Part shown: piece after piece, positions 1-12,599 of the stretch
Position numbering within the stretch: position 1 is the stretch's first letter
How the letters are laid out: each line of letters opens with the position of its first letter
Source: Blasia pusilla
Taxonomy: Eukaryota
DNA: 64,000 bases
Direction of reading: 5' to 3'
Assembly (NCBI GenBank): GCA_050084515.1
Contig: CM114271.1
Span: 29,388,001 to 29,452,000, forward strand
The notes under the pieces: model-generated
Told to the model about the DNA's origin: nothing
Seen by the model: only the letters and a program-made list of their open reading frames with translations
Databases searched by the model: none
Position numbers and translations under genes: made by a program

Positions 1-3000
1 ACTAAGTAGATAGGCCAGGTATGATAGTAATATATACAAGAGTGTTGTGGTGATCCGCAAATTTTTAAAATTCTAGTCTAGTCTTTCCGTTCCTCATTTA
101 ATTTTCTTCTCTTAACTTAACTCCCACTCCCTTCCTAATATAATTTTCTCCTCTTAATTTAACTCCCTCTCTTAAAATGCAAAAGCCATAACCATCTCAG
201 GACAGGATTTCATTACCCCCGGGTGATGAAGCAGCTTAATTACCGCTTAGTTTTGGCTCGTGTGTGAATTAGCTAGGTCTGTGGTAACGGAGACAAATGG
301 CGTTTCACGTTAGCATTTAGGAATTATTGGAGTCGGATGTACCTGGATATCCAACTCGGATATGCAGATTATTGAAACTTATATGCGCGCGGTCAAGGTG
401 AGCATGGAACGTCGTACGTGGGAGGGACATCATTATTCCAAGAGGGCGCGGTACCCAAAGTCGCGGATTCAAGAATACGATTCGAGCCAAGAAAGTTCAT
501 GGTTGGTTCGGGCGTGGTTAACCCTCTTGCGTATCACCGTTGCTGTAGTTAGATTGGTTTCATAATCAGCTTTGTCTCACCCTTGACCTGGATCAATCTC
601 AAGCTGATAGTGGCTGCTGTAGTACATTCGTTTCACCGTCAATCTGCTTTGTCACTTGCGGCGTCATAGGGAAGGTTTGTAGCACATAATTGGGAGGGAA
701 GTGGGTCCAGAAAGGAACTCCAAGTGGAGCCGCTTCGGAAATTTTTGAAGATTGCTGCATAGAGAGCCAAACATTTTGAGGAAGCTTTTTTTTCCTTGCA
801 GCGTTGTAGGTGTTTTGACTCTTACATGTTGAACAAGCAAACCTACGGCGATCGGGGAGCATTTCACATTAAGGAGCGAAGCCGCGGGTTTTTGGTATGT
901 TTCCCATGTTTGGCTATTAGGTAGGAATTAACTCGCTTGGTACATTTCCACACTACTTGATTATCTATGAATCATTCACAACTATGAGATTCAATGAGCC
1001 ATGGAGTCGATGCGCCTAATTTGCAATTTTTTTGTTGTCATGATTGCAATTCCTCACACCTTCCGAATCCTACACATTTTTCCTAGCATTCTTGTCTCCT
1101 TAAACCCTGAATCTTGGCAGTCGTTTAAGTGGTCACTTGTATGAAGACTTTTTGTGGATGTTTCCAAAGTTGCAAATCCCATCTATAAATACATGTATGG
1201 TTTGTATGTGTGCATTTTCACCACAATCCTTGTTGAAATGAAAACCAAATAAATGTACTCATTCAGCAGCAAAGCCACTACAGCTTCCACTCCCTCTCAT
1301 ACCAGCCTTGTAGACTCACAAGCAAAGAAAAGCTTTTAGGGGAAGTGGATGACATGTAAGTCTGAGATCAAGAATTCAGGTTAAGAACAACAACCCAGCC
1401 TTTATGAATTGTTTTAAACGGTGGACCAAAAGTGAATTGCCATGGACTGCAAGTTTGAAAAACTCTAAATGAATTTATCCTTCAACATTGCCATGGTCCT
1501 ATTCAGTGTCGAGTTTGATGCATAGACTAGGTTGAATAGATGGACCATGCACCATGTATGTGTGCAGCAAAATCCCTTGCCACCACATAACCATGAGTAT
1601 TTGGATATAGGTTTAGTCAGATACTTACAGGTCATGGCATAGGAAGGGTTGGTAAACATAAATACCAACCACTGATGTTGTCATGGAAAATGATACCTAC
1701 TTGTATAAATGCATATGGAATAGATTACACACTCAGATCCGACGCTAAATTCTCTTACTCTTGATGAATGTGTGGTAGTGTTCCTCGAGGGGTTCAATAG
1801 CATCCATTGTAGTTGTAGGGTGCATTGAGTAGGCTGTAGGGTGGCTATGGGCATCCCAACTACCAAAATTCTAGATGTAGGGCAATTTAGAGATCTACAG
1901 ATTGGGTTTAGGGGTTCGGAAAATATCAATAAATATTTGTATGGAAGGGCATGTAATGTTAATACGTGGGTGAACAACATATTCCACAGCAACGGTGACC
2001 CTGATTTTTACTTGAAGGATGTAATTCGTAAACGTAGTTATGGCCAGAATGTATCCTTCCTAGAAGACTCGATTTTTTCAGGGATCCCTTTAGGTGTGTA
2101 CGACTACTTGTACGCTACTACAGATAGACTTGGTTATCCAATAGAATTCTCGCCCAAGGCAAGAAAAGTTGGTAGCCATGTATGGCTGGATTTTTACATC
2201 TAGAAAAAACGTAAAGCAAATTTCATAGTTATTTCTGAAGAGAGAGGTTCATACAAAGCCACAATTATCCCACACATCAAGGAGGCCTTCAATGGGGTAG
2301 AGAAACTCTATGTAACCAAGGTGATTTGTTCGCTGAGTTTGAAAAGGAGGGTATTTCTGGGAGATTCTACAAGGTCACCACCGTGGGTGCTTGGGTTGAT
2401 ACCAAAAAATATATACCTTATTGAGGAAACTAACATTCACGAACGCATTGACAAGTTTGCTCCTCCCACAACATTGGACTTTGTTGGAGGTGATCACTTC
2501 CATGGCAATCATGAGGCTTGCAAGTAAGGTTGTGCATCCATTTTTTATTTTGCATGTCATTTAGGGCCATTTATATGTGGTTGATGACAAGTGATTCTAA
2601 CCCATGAGTCTGAGTTGTTGTCACACACATTCTTCTAGAGGGAAATTGGACTCCACCAATAACAAGTGTCGAGAAAGAATGTGACTAGACTCATACGTGT
2701 AGGTTAGAGTAGGCGGCCATAACGAGGCGGTGTCGCCTTCCGATGACTACTGTAGTTTAGTGCTTTCATTACTTAATTCAGTCTTTAAAATGTTTGCTTC
2801 CTTGTTGAAGAGCGGTCTTGGCTTTGACGATGTATATATCCCGCCAAGGAGACAACTCATTTTCCTCTCCGGTGGAGTGGAAAAAATTTTGTTACAATGC
2901 TGACCAGGACTAGTGGGTATGCTTAGGTCCTAACTGCATCGAATATGCACGCACACCTGAAGTTTTCAACTTGCACTTCGCACTCATTGCTTATTGCTGA

Positions 3001-5500
3001 TTTTTGTAAAGTACCCTTCATGCGTAGGTTTCCTGCCAAAGGATGCTAGAGATTTTTGCCCCCGCTAAAGAAAGAAAAAGTTGGTAAGTCTTCACAATCT
3101 GCATTACTAAGCAATCAATGCTTCCAAAAATGCTCGCCAAAATGCAAGCACATTCTAGAAAGCAAAGACCTGAAGCTAGGGATGAAAACCATTGGTTGGC
3201 TCAGCTCCTTGCTCCCTATGTTGGCCCCTAAGATAGGAATGGAAAGAGGCATGTTTTGGCATTTAGAAATTTCCATTGCCCACATGTTAGCCGTGTGGAC
3301 TCCCAACAAACTTGCACAGATATTTGGGAGGCAGGTGTAGAGACTAGAAAGGGTTTAGTAGATCATGTAGGATCATTTCAGGATGCCATGCGCTGCATTC
3401 AACAACATCATGCTTTTCTATGTGAGGACTTCTCGCAGACTCAATATGAGAGTGTATACAAGGCCTGGAGGAACACCCAAAAACATGTCATTCTTCAACG
3501 ACTCAAGATTGCCATGCAAAACATGTATATAGATGGCATGGGCCTTTCTATAAAGGAGGCATTAATCCTGGTATGTGGAACCTTACCTTGTTCACCCATT
3601 TCTCGATTTCATGACCCACTTTATAGCCAAATTGTGACAACAACTCACACATTTATTTTCCTATAAATTGTGTCAGGGAGGCTTGGACAAGGAAATTGTG
3701 GACTCTTCTGACAATGATAGAACAAGATCCTCGCCTCTAAAAACACCAAGGGTCCTAAGTAACAAGCAAAAAGAGAATCGAAAGGAGATCCCAATCATAT
3801 GCTTGAATGCCACATGCAGAGCCACCTCAACAAAAAAAAACCCAAAAAGGAAAGTAGCTCACCTTCCAAGAAAAGGTGAGCATGCGCAGACCCTCCATCT
3901 CTGGGCCGGAGGGTCTCTCGCAAGCTAGCCAGCAAGTGGCATATTCCACAAACTTAGAACCAAGAAGATCCCATATTACCTTGCACCCCTTCATCTCTCA
4001 TATTGTCTCCACCCAAAGTACCACCGCCAAGCAAGCCGCCAATCCCACTATGCCTAGCTAAAGTTCTTGTCAAGCTGGTGGTTCTTGGCATAAGGCACAT
4101 TGGGAGTGTGACCTATGGGAACCCATCTCCATAAGATAACCAGGTTTATTCTCTTAACCTTACAACCATATTGGTTCCTTTAAAACAATGGTTCGATAAT
4201 TTACACTCTCGCTTATTATGTTTATTTAATGTTATGCAGGTACTAGCTACTACACAGAAAATAATTCAAATGAGGAGTGTCAACCACCCTATCCACCAGG
4301 TTTGAGGATTGATAACCTGTCACATACACATATAATGTCATTTGAAATCTATCTTTTTGGGTTGAGTTACCAGCAAGGGTGGATTTTGTACCCATTGATT
4401 TTCTGCTTGTTTATAGGTTCTTGTTAATCTTTGGTGTCATACTTTCCTATTTGGTGCAGGAGATTCCCACAACAACTAGTAGGTAAGTACATGCTCAAGG
4501 TGGCTCAGATGCACCAATCTACGATGAGGATATCAACTCGACTCCTATGCAGGAGTTTAAGACGCCCAGTTGCCAAATGCTACCTTAGTCATGGTTGACG
4601 CCTTACGGTTACATGCAACCCCTGAATCCCACATGGTGCTCTTATGTATCAAAAGCCATCGGCTGTTGCCAGACATTTTCATCTTCCAAATTTTTCATAC
4701 ATGCATGTGCACGGTGCTAAGATGTGCACCTGCAATCTGGTTTCCTAACTACATACTAGATCTATAGCTAGGAGAAAGGCCCACCCATTTTCAGTCACCT
4801 AGTAATGTTTGTACTCAGGTTTTTCACTAAGGGGATATCTACGGCTGCTTTCAAATTGGAATTGAAGGGTAGAGTGTAAACCTGGTTGTTTTCTCACATC
4901 TGATGCTCGCCACCTCATATTGCATTATCATTTTTGAGCAGATCTCTTTGTCTATGTGCTCTTCCCGGGGTTCAGGTCTGAGATGTTGTTGTATCCATTG
5001 CAGTTCTTGGCCATCTTTGTCTGTCAATGGGTCATGCAAGTGTAGTCATACTCATGGCTGATTGTCATAGTTCCATTAGAGATGAGACAAACAGAGTTTT
5101 TGCCAACCTATGTGGTTGTTCCATGTGGTAGGATACTTTAACCTTCTCACACATTCGTCTTTTATTGAATCATATAGTGTGTTTGAAGTGGATTCCTAAA
5201 AGGTTGCTTTACAGATAGAGAATAAGGCTGGTTTAGGATATTCTTCGTGGTACGCTTCTTTGCAAATCTGAGAATTTGGATGGTTTTCGCCAGACTTGCA
5301 TAGATGTAGGCTATTTTAGAGATTTGAGTTTTTGGTTCATATACCCTCCTTACCATTTATCATTGAGTTATGGCAATGCAGGGTTGACAGCCTTGCATCC
5401 TCATATATAGGATTTTGGTAGAATTAAACTATGTGAATACGATAAGGATGCATGTTAGAGCTTCGCAATGAAGTGAGTGCGCGACACATTGCATGTACAC

Positions 5501-6027
5501 TCACGAACTCAATATATTTAGAGTTCAATACCGTTTCTCCTTGTCATTTTTTCTCTGCTATTTGGTAGGAAATATGACACGACCATTCACTCATGTAGAA
5601 GGTCTCCAACTATGGCGGGAGCCAAACCCTACTTGCCATTTCTGCCAAATACGCATGAAGAGGGGCAAGCCATTTGAGCCCGCTTGGGATCCCCTGGAAG
5701 ATGATTTCTTTTAGTTTTGATTATCTAACATAGCTTTGGTTATCGATGGGGCAACTTAAGTCGGCCGTCTCATGGAGTTCCTCCGATTTCGGGGCATGGC
5801 TTACCATGTGGGTTTAGGTGATGATGTTCATCGAACTAGAGTCATTGTTTACAATATCGTTTGCGATTGTGAGAAAGTCATGTGACTCCGCAACACGTCG
5901 CACGTACCCTCACGAACTCTATATATTTAGAGTTCACGAACTTTTCTCTCAGTCAGTTTTGCTCTGCTATTTGGTAGGAAATATAACATGACTATTACTA
6001 ATGTTGAAGGCCTCTACCTATGGCGGG
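5501..6027. repeat. ~409-bp tandem repeat array, left part (unit 1 and start of unit 2), interrupted by the retroelement at 6028
   Basis: TCACGAACTC(A/T)ATATATTTAGAGTTCA starts at 5501 and again at 5910. Unit 2 resumes at 16399 (AGCCAAACCCTACTTG), matching unit 1 at about 5620. Confidence 0.85.
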
Positions 6028-6543
6028 TGTCACGTCTTTTAGGATAGATCGGTGGGATCTAATAGAGCGCCTTCATGAGTAGTGGAGGACATGCCCAGTA
6101 GGTCGAGGGTGACCTGCTGAGGCCCTTGGAAACCTGAGATAACAAAGGTTTCCTTCTTCGTTCGGCTCATTTGGAGCCATATTGAGGAACTTACTATTTT
6201 AGGTAGGTACCATTTTGAGTATATGATCGACTTACTATTTTTGGTAAGTGGCCCTTGACCTCCTACATCAGGTCAAGAGCCAAGGAGGTGACTTGGGAGA
6301 ATAGGTTACCATGGAGAGAGCTTGGGAGAGGAGAGGGGTATACCTCAAGGAGAGAGAGCTTGAGAGCTCATTCTCTCTTTGTTGAACCTCTTGGCATGAG
6401 GCGGAGGAGCTATAGTACCTTGCCTTGTGAGTGTAACCCAAGCCTCTCATTAGGAGAGTGGGTTTGGTTTGACATGAGAGAGACTGCACACCTTTGAGAG
6501 CTATGGTGTGAGATGGTGGAGAGAGAGATTGGATCTTACTTTA
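6028..6543 (+). repeat. Split direct repeat A1 (~516 bp)
   Basis: Nearly identical to 15754-16267 (roughly a dozen differences by eye). Similarity ends after GGATCTTACTTTA. Confidence 0.95.
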
Positions 6544-8260
6544 CAAAGAGAGAATGAGAGAATGAGAGAGTAGAGAGCTTCATGGGGGAGCTCGCTGGTC
6601 ACTCGCTGTTTTTGCAGGTTGGGGACCGTGTTCCCCGTTCAGCGGCTCATGGGAGTGCTCACCGGAGCAAGGGCTGCTTTCATTACTCTTTGCATTTGCC
6701 GATTTTTCGTGTGGAAGAGTGGCGCGCGGAAGCGCTGCCCAATTTCTGATAGGGATTGAGTATGGGGGCGGGTTGCTCCATGCTGGTGCTCTCGGGAGCA
6801 TCATGTAACTTGCTGATTTGTATTTTTACAGATGTTACATTTTCGTTGGGAGAAATCAGCGCGGGAGCGCTGCCGAATTTTGTGTAGGAGAAAGAGACAT
6901 TGGGCTTTACGACAGTCCCTGTCAGTTTTTACTGAAATGTCCAATTCTAAATACTTTTTGATGGTAGCGTAGATCGTGAAGCTGTGCACGCTGTGCAACA
7001 AACAGTGCACAATTTGGAGTTGCGAGCAAAAAGTTATGGGCAATCTTGTAAAGCTGCCATTGCTAGGCGATTTTTAGGGTTAAATCGTGCAAACCCTAAA
7101 TCATTCGCCACACCGGCGGCGGCCGTCGCCATCATAGTCACCGTCACCGTCGACGGTCAACCTTCACCGTCATCGATTGGCCGTCACCATCAGCGGTCAA
7201 CCGTCACTGTCAAGGGTCCACCGTCCATTGTCCACCCTTTGGGTGCCATTGCCGCTATTACGGAGTGGAGGGTCTTCCATGACGTTCGTTGATTCCTTGA
7301 CTTGCGTCGCCACCACGTACTTTGTTTTGGCCGCCACCGTCATCGCAGTTTCTTCATCAACCAGTGAAGGAAGATGACCTCCGGTTATGGTGTTTGAGTT
7401 TTGATTTCATGCTGCTATGTTGAGATTGGTAGCCGCTCGACGACGATCGAGTATCGTGCCGTGATGCCCGTAGCCGCAACGCACCGCCGATTGCCGCGCC
7501 GTGCCGCTCATGGCCGCACCGCACCATCTCGATCGCGAAGCCGCACCGTCATTGTGGATCAGAGTGTGGGATTATTATTGATTGAGGAGGGTATGCCGCC
7601 GAGTGCCGCATCCCACCATCGAGGGCCGTGTCGTTCGTAGCCGTTCCGTGCCGCCTGCAACGCCGCACCGTTCCGCTGGGACCGCATCGTCTATCGAGGA
7701 GTTTTGAGCAAAGATCAGACGGGAGGAGTATGACTTGCTGATTGGAGGAGTTGTCTCCACGATCGAGTTGGGGTTAGATTTGCGATTCTTTGAGGAGCGA
7801 CATCGACATGTGTTCAGTTACCCATTCTCGGTCCTTTACCCCGCACGTGTGAGGGATTTCGGGATTTATTTGGGGATATTGGGTGTGTGGATGCTTTGAG
7901 AGAATCATTTATGTATGTGGTTTAGGGACATAGACCTGTGTGGGATGTCCGGAGTTGAGGGTAGGTTGTCGATGAGATGATAGCCTGGTCGATTTTCCGC
8001 ACCACGCCCGCGTGTTGCCGTGACGTTACACGTCTCGGGGAGAGAGTGTAGATCGAGTGCCGCATGTTTGGGATGAGTGATTGAGGGATTCCTCACGAGG
8101 TTCAGAGTGATCGGGTGAGAGGGGCACGAGGGTCATCACGGAGTCTGTTCGGGACTTTGAGAGGCGAGGTGGTGAACCCGAGAGTAGCTCTAGAGGTTTT
8201 ACGCGGAGTGGCGCGAGGTTTCGAGGGTCTCCACGTGAGGGACCACCTCGACCTCCTTCT

Positions 8261-9624
8261 ATGTCATCGTCAGACAAGGGGGAGGGTGTAGAGGAGTTTG
8301 TGAGCACATCGCCACACATTGTGAGTGGTCCAACCAGTTGGGCGTACGAGATGGACGACCGGGGTAGAGGACCGCATAGGTTTTCAGGTGCAGTAGGCAC
8401 GATTGAGTTGCACGATCTTATAGCAGAGTTTAGGAGTTGGTGCGACTCCCAACGGGCCAGGAACTCTAGAGAGTTTAACCCGTTTACAGCATGGAACGGT
8501 ATCTTCCAGCATTTAGAGGGGGCGCCCATGGACGATTACCATGAGTTCTCTTAGAAATATGCATGTGAGATCGAGGTGTGGAGGCTCTACTATGACCCAC
8601 ATTATGTGTCATGGACGGAGCCATTCCCAGATGAGGAGGAGGAGTCAAGAGAGGCTACTGCCTCTTCCACTAGTGACGTTTTAGGAGGGGTCACTCATGA
8701 CGGGAGCGATTGCACCGTCTAGTCGGGTTCGTCCCAGGTTCAACCCTGTGGTTGAGTTCTTTGCTGAGTTGAGGGCGAGCTACCAGGGGGTACGGACGGA
8801 GAAGTTGCGGAGCATCCACGACTTCCAGAGGCGCTTGGGTGAGAGTTTGCGTGAGGCTTACACTCGCTTGCGCCGGTTGATCAACGTCACTCAGGGGGTG
8901 ACAGAGGCTCAGGCTATCCAATCATGGTATGCGATGCTGGACCGGACCCTGCGGACACGGGTGCGGGAGGGGGTGCTTCTTATGAACACCTCCCCTACGT
9001 TGAGAGATGTTTTTAGGACCGCCGAGAACATTGAGCGCAACATGGCGGAGGAGAGCGTAGCCACCATGGGTTCTGGCGAGAGCGATCCACGATTGTATGC
9101 ACCACCGTGCAAAGAACGTGACTCGAGATAGGTTGACTGTGGCACCACGAGCTCAGGAAGGATGCCGAGAGGCCGTGCCACAGAGACCTGCTCCTTCATA
9201 TGCAGCTCAGCAGCAGCCGCCTACTATTACTTGTTGGTCATGTGGTGGCGCCCATCATCAGCGTGATTGCACTCGTCAGGGTCATGGACGTGTGCCTCAG
9301 CATGGAGGAGGAGATGGTGCTGCACCAGGAGGTTATCAGTGTGACTATTGTCAGAGGTATGGTCATACATGCGCCAGGTGTTTTAGTTTACATCATGAGT
9401 TACGTCTGGACCAAGGGCCAGAGAAGGCACCAGAGCGAGTAGTCGGTCCGGGTGGGCCTAGAGATCGTGCTCCAGGTGGTCCCGTTGGGGGACGAGGAGC
9501 TGGAGTTTCCCGACAGGGTGGTGGAGCTGCCCATGGAGGAGGTAGAGTACCACCACCTAGACGCGCTGAGGGAGATGCCGGACGTGAGGCTGGGATGGTC
9601 GCTTTCCGATACAACAAACTATAG
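8261..9624 (+). pseudogene. Retroelement gag with two CCHC zinc knuckles (in-frame stops)
   Basis: Segments FQRRLGESLREAYTRLRRL, CWSCGGAHHQRDC and CDYCQRYGHTCARC. Homologous to the minus-strand gag at about 62250-63250. Confidence 0.85.
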
Positions 9625-10264
9625 GAGCAGATTGCCGCTATGGCATTGAGGTTACCCGATGCCGATCCGTGGCATCGACATCATATGGAGCGACCCACAG
9701 ATCTGGAGGATCCTGGATGGATGTGCGGGTTGCCCAGATGGAGGCCGCCGCGAGACGCAGACGCGTGGAGCAGCCGCAGAGTTGGATCCACAAACGAGGG
9801 GAAGCCAAGAGAGCAGACTAGGCTTCCTCAATCTTTCACGTTGTCCCGGCGATGAGGACCCCATCGATGGGTCCTCATCAAAGTTCCTGGAGAGTTGGTA
9901 ATGTTGTTGGTGTGCAAGCACGGAGGGTGATGGGAGAAGCGAGTGCGACGACTCTTATTGTTGATGCTCAGGAGGGGCATGTGTCGAGCACGTTGTTGGG
10001 GGCGGCCACCGTTGTGTACCACACTCCTTTATTTTCTGCTTCCGATGTTGTGACGTTGGGAGGTACGCCCGCCGAGGCTTTTCGGCTGGCCGCTTCACTA
10101 TGTGAGCGCGGAGTTGGAGTTCCTGCATCACGTTCAGAGGTGATTGTAGAGGAGGTGATGGACGTGCCCTTGGAGCGGATGCTCGGGCCATCCACGTCAG
10201 ATTCATGGCAGGCTGCGGCTGCTAGGATGGCGGAGATGCCCGCTAGACCGCGATAGAGCGTGCC

Positions 10265-10717
10265 ATGGCTTCTCCTGGTGTTGTGTTGCTGGATAACCGA
10301 GGAGAGGTCTTCCAGTTGGTGAGTCCTGGAGGTAGAGCTTTTAGTCCACAGCGCGTCTTGTTGGATTCAGGAGCGCAACCCTTGATGTTGGGGAAAGCGT
10401 CATTCAGAGGATTGGGCTTGACGAGAGCCGATGTGGAGTGTTGTCCATTTCGGATACATACATCCTTGGGTGGAGTGAGTACCACACAGTATATCACCCG
10501 ACAGGAGGTCGTGGTGAGGATTCGCCCGGGACATCCTACAGATGAGTCCGTGGTGTGCGCCAAGGCGATAGTGACTGATGCTGAGTCCTACGACGTCTTG
10601 GTTGGTGGAGCAGTGTTATACCCGATGGGGTTTTCCCTAGATTATTGGGAGGAGTCAGCGTCCTACAGACTAGGATGGCAGTCAGGTGATGGGCGCCTTA
10701 GCTCATTACCCGTTTGA
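10265..10717 (+). pseudogene. Retroviral-type aspartic protease domain
   Basis: RVLLDSGAQP active-site motif and downstream YDVLVG motif. Confidence 0.85.
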
Positions 10718-11070
10718 TTCACAGGTGCAGTGATCGAGCAACGGCCAGGAGAGATGGCGACCTTAGCAGCATTTAGCAATGCCATTACTTGGCCTAGTGA
10801 TTTGATTGAGGGACATGTCCATGCAGAGGATACTCCCGTTCCTGACATTTCTATGGAGAGGAGTGTTATGGTAGCTGCATCATTCCGTGGAGGAGAGGTG
10901 CCGCTGTGGGGCTCGGACCGAGAGCTTCAACGATTGCGGATCGCACGCGTGCAGGCCGTGTGGAGCGAGGCGTTGCACAGGCGTGGTCTGAGGAACCCGA
11001 GGTAGCGGGGAGTGCTACGATGAAACCCTTGGATACTACACCCATTGTGTGGTGTACCCCGGAGGAGGGT

Positions 11071-12010
11071 ATTCGAGTGTTAGATCTCTTTGGAGGGATT
11101 AGCACCGGGTTAGCTGTTGTTTTGCAGGCAGGAGTGCGAGTACAGCAGTACTTGTATGTGGAGAGTGATGATGTTGCGAGGCGCGTCTCACTACGACATG
11201 TGGCGCAATTACGCCTATGTTTTCCCGACTTATTGTCTGCGTCCGCAATACAGGGGTACCAGAGTTCCCTACCGAGGGATATTTTGTTGTTGGGGGCGCA
11301 GGACTTAGAGCGGGTAGGGACCATTGATTTGGTCATTGCCGGTTGGCCATGTCAGGGCCAATCGAGTGCTGGACGAGGCAGCGGGTTGGCTGACACTCGG
11401 TCCAGGTTGTTTTGGGAGATGTTGAGGGTCTGACGGTAGTTGCAGGAGCACCAGTCTTGTTCTCCAGCCTACATTCTGGAGAATGTGCCGATCTTAGGAG
11501 ACTCCAGGTCACGGGTCGTGACGAGTGCTCATCAGGTGCGTGCATGGATCGGCCCTGCAGTGTTCTTGGATGCGGCGAGTGTAGGTTCTAGAGCCCATCG
11601 CCCGCGTCTATGGTGGACCAACTTGGTGCCCCATGCGGTGTTATGGAGGGCATATGCGAGACTAGAGCGCCCCTCCCCTTTGTTAGTGGATTCCATTCTG
11701 GATCCAGGTCGTCGATCACAGGCAGTGAGGCACAATGATCGACCACCGCTGACTGTGGTCAACAAGGTAGGCAGGCCGCGGGCAGCCTTGCCCACGTTTG
11801 TGAGTTTTCCCGCTTCCTATGCATACAAGGAGGCCGGTCCTGGCTTGGTTTGGGATAACCAGGTTCAGCGGTTGGTGGAGCCCAAGGCCGACGAGAGAGA
11901 GCGAGCGATGGGATTTCCCACAGGAGTGACGACAGTACCATCAGTGTCAGAGGCATCACGACGCCATGTCTTGGGTCAGGCGATGGACCTGAACTGCTTG
12001 ACATGGATCC
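11071..12010 (+). pseudogene. C5-cytosine DNA methyltransferase domain (DNMT3/DRM-like signatures, canonical motif order) embedded in pol; two in-frame stops at 11431-11439
   Basis: Motif I IRVLDLFGGIS, motif II YVE, motif IV IDLVIAGWPCQ, LFWE, motif VI YILENV, motif VIII AHRPRLWWTN, motif IX ERERAMGFP, motif X LGQAM. ORFs 10906-11433 and 11440-12318 share one frame. Confidence 0.92.
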
Positions 12011-12599
12011 TCAGCTTGGGAGTGGATGAGCAGCGTCGTATGAGATCGCGACAGATCACAGCGGTTGCGTTGGTGAGCCCCATGCCTACCGAGACGATGG
12101 AGGCAATAGCTGGGGGCGAGACCCGAGGAGATCTACGCACCAGGGGAGATCGGGAGAGACACCCTTGGACTTCTTGGGATGTTTTGAAGGTACGCAAGGA
12201 GATGATAGCCACAACATCGAGCGTGGTTTCGGGCACTGCACGTGGAGGAGATCAGAGTTTGCAGTTGGCTGCAGGAGAGCGGCCGAGTGTTGTTGTTCGA
12301 GACGGGGTTGCACCATAGCAACCACCGATACCCGCGCCGGAGAGTCCTACCGTAGTCACGATGGAGACTTGGGAGCCAGATATGGGCCCTAAGTTGACAG
12401 GAGGAGAGCGGCGCCGAATACATCAGCTCCTCAGGAGTTATAGGAGCTGCTTTGCGTTTAGCATGGAGGATTTGGGTACGCTCAAGGGACCGGGGATCCG
12501 CATTGAGTTGTCGAGTGATATGCCGATCTTCCGCGACCCCTGGTGCTGATGATATGGAGAGGGCTCTGATTGAGTAGGAGCCAAGACTTGGTCGGAGCA

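Noticed and set aside
1-5450. Short ORFs such as 1841-2203 and 3256-3666 with some splice-like signals
   Set aside because: Probably a decayed transposon or gene, but I could not recognise a motif or build a consistent model.
6255-6497. Repeated small ORFs in repeat A (also 15979-16221, 33709-33897) and in the gypsy LTR (46549-46902, 50184-50537)
   Set aside because: They recur only because the repeats do. No coding evidence.
11071-12010. Host DRM/DNMT3 gene or bacterial restriction-modification methylase
   Set aside because: Intronless, nested between PR and RT in two separate elements, with no neighbouring nuclease or host regulatory domains.
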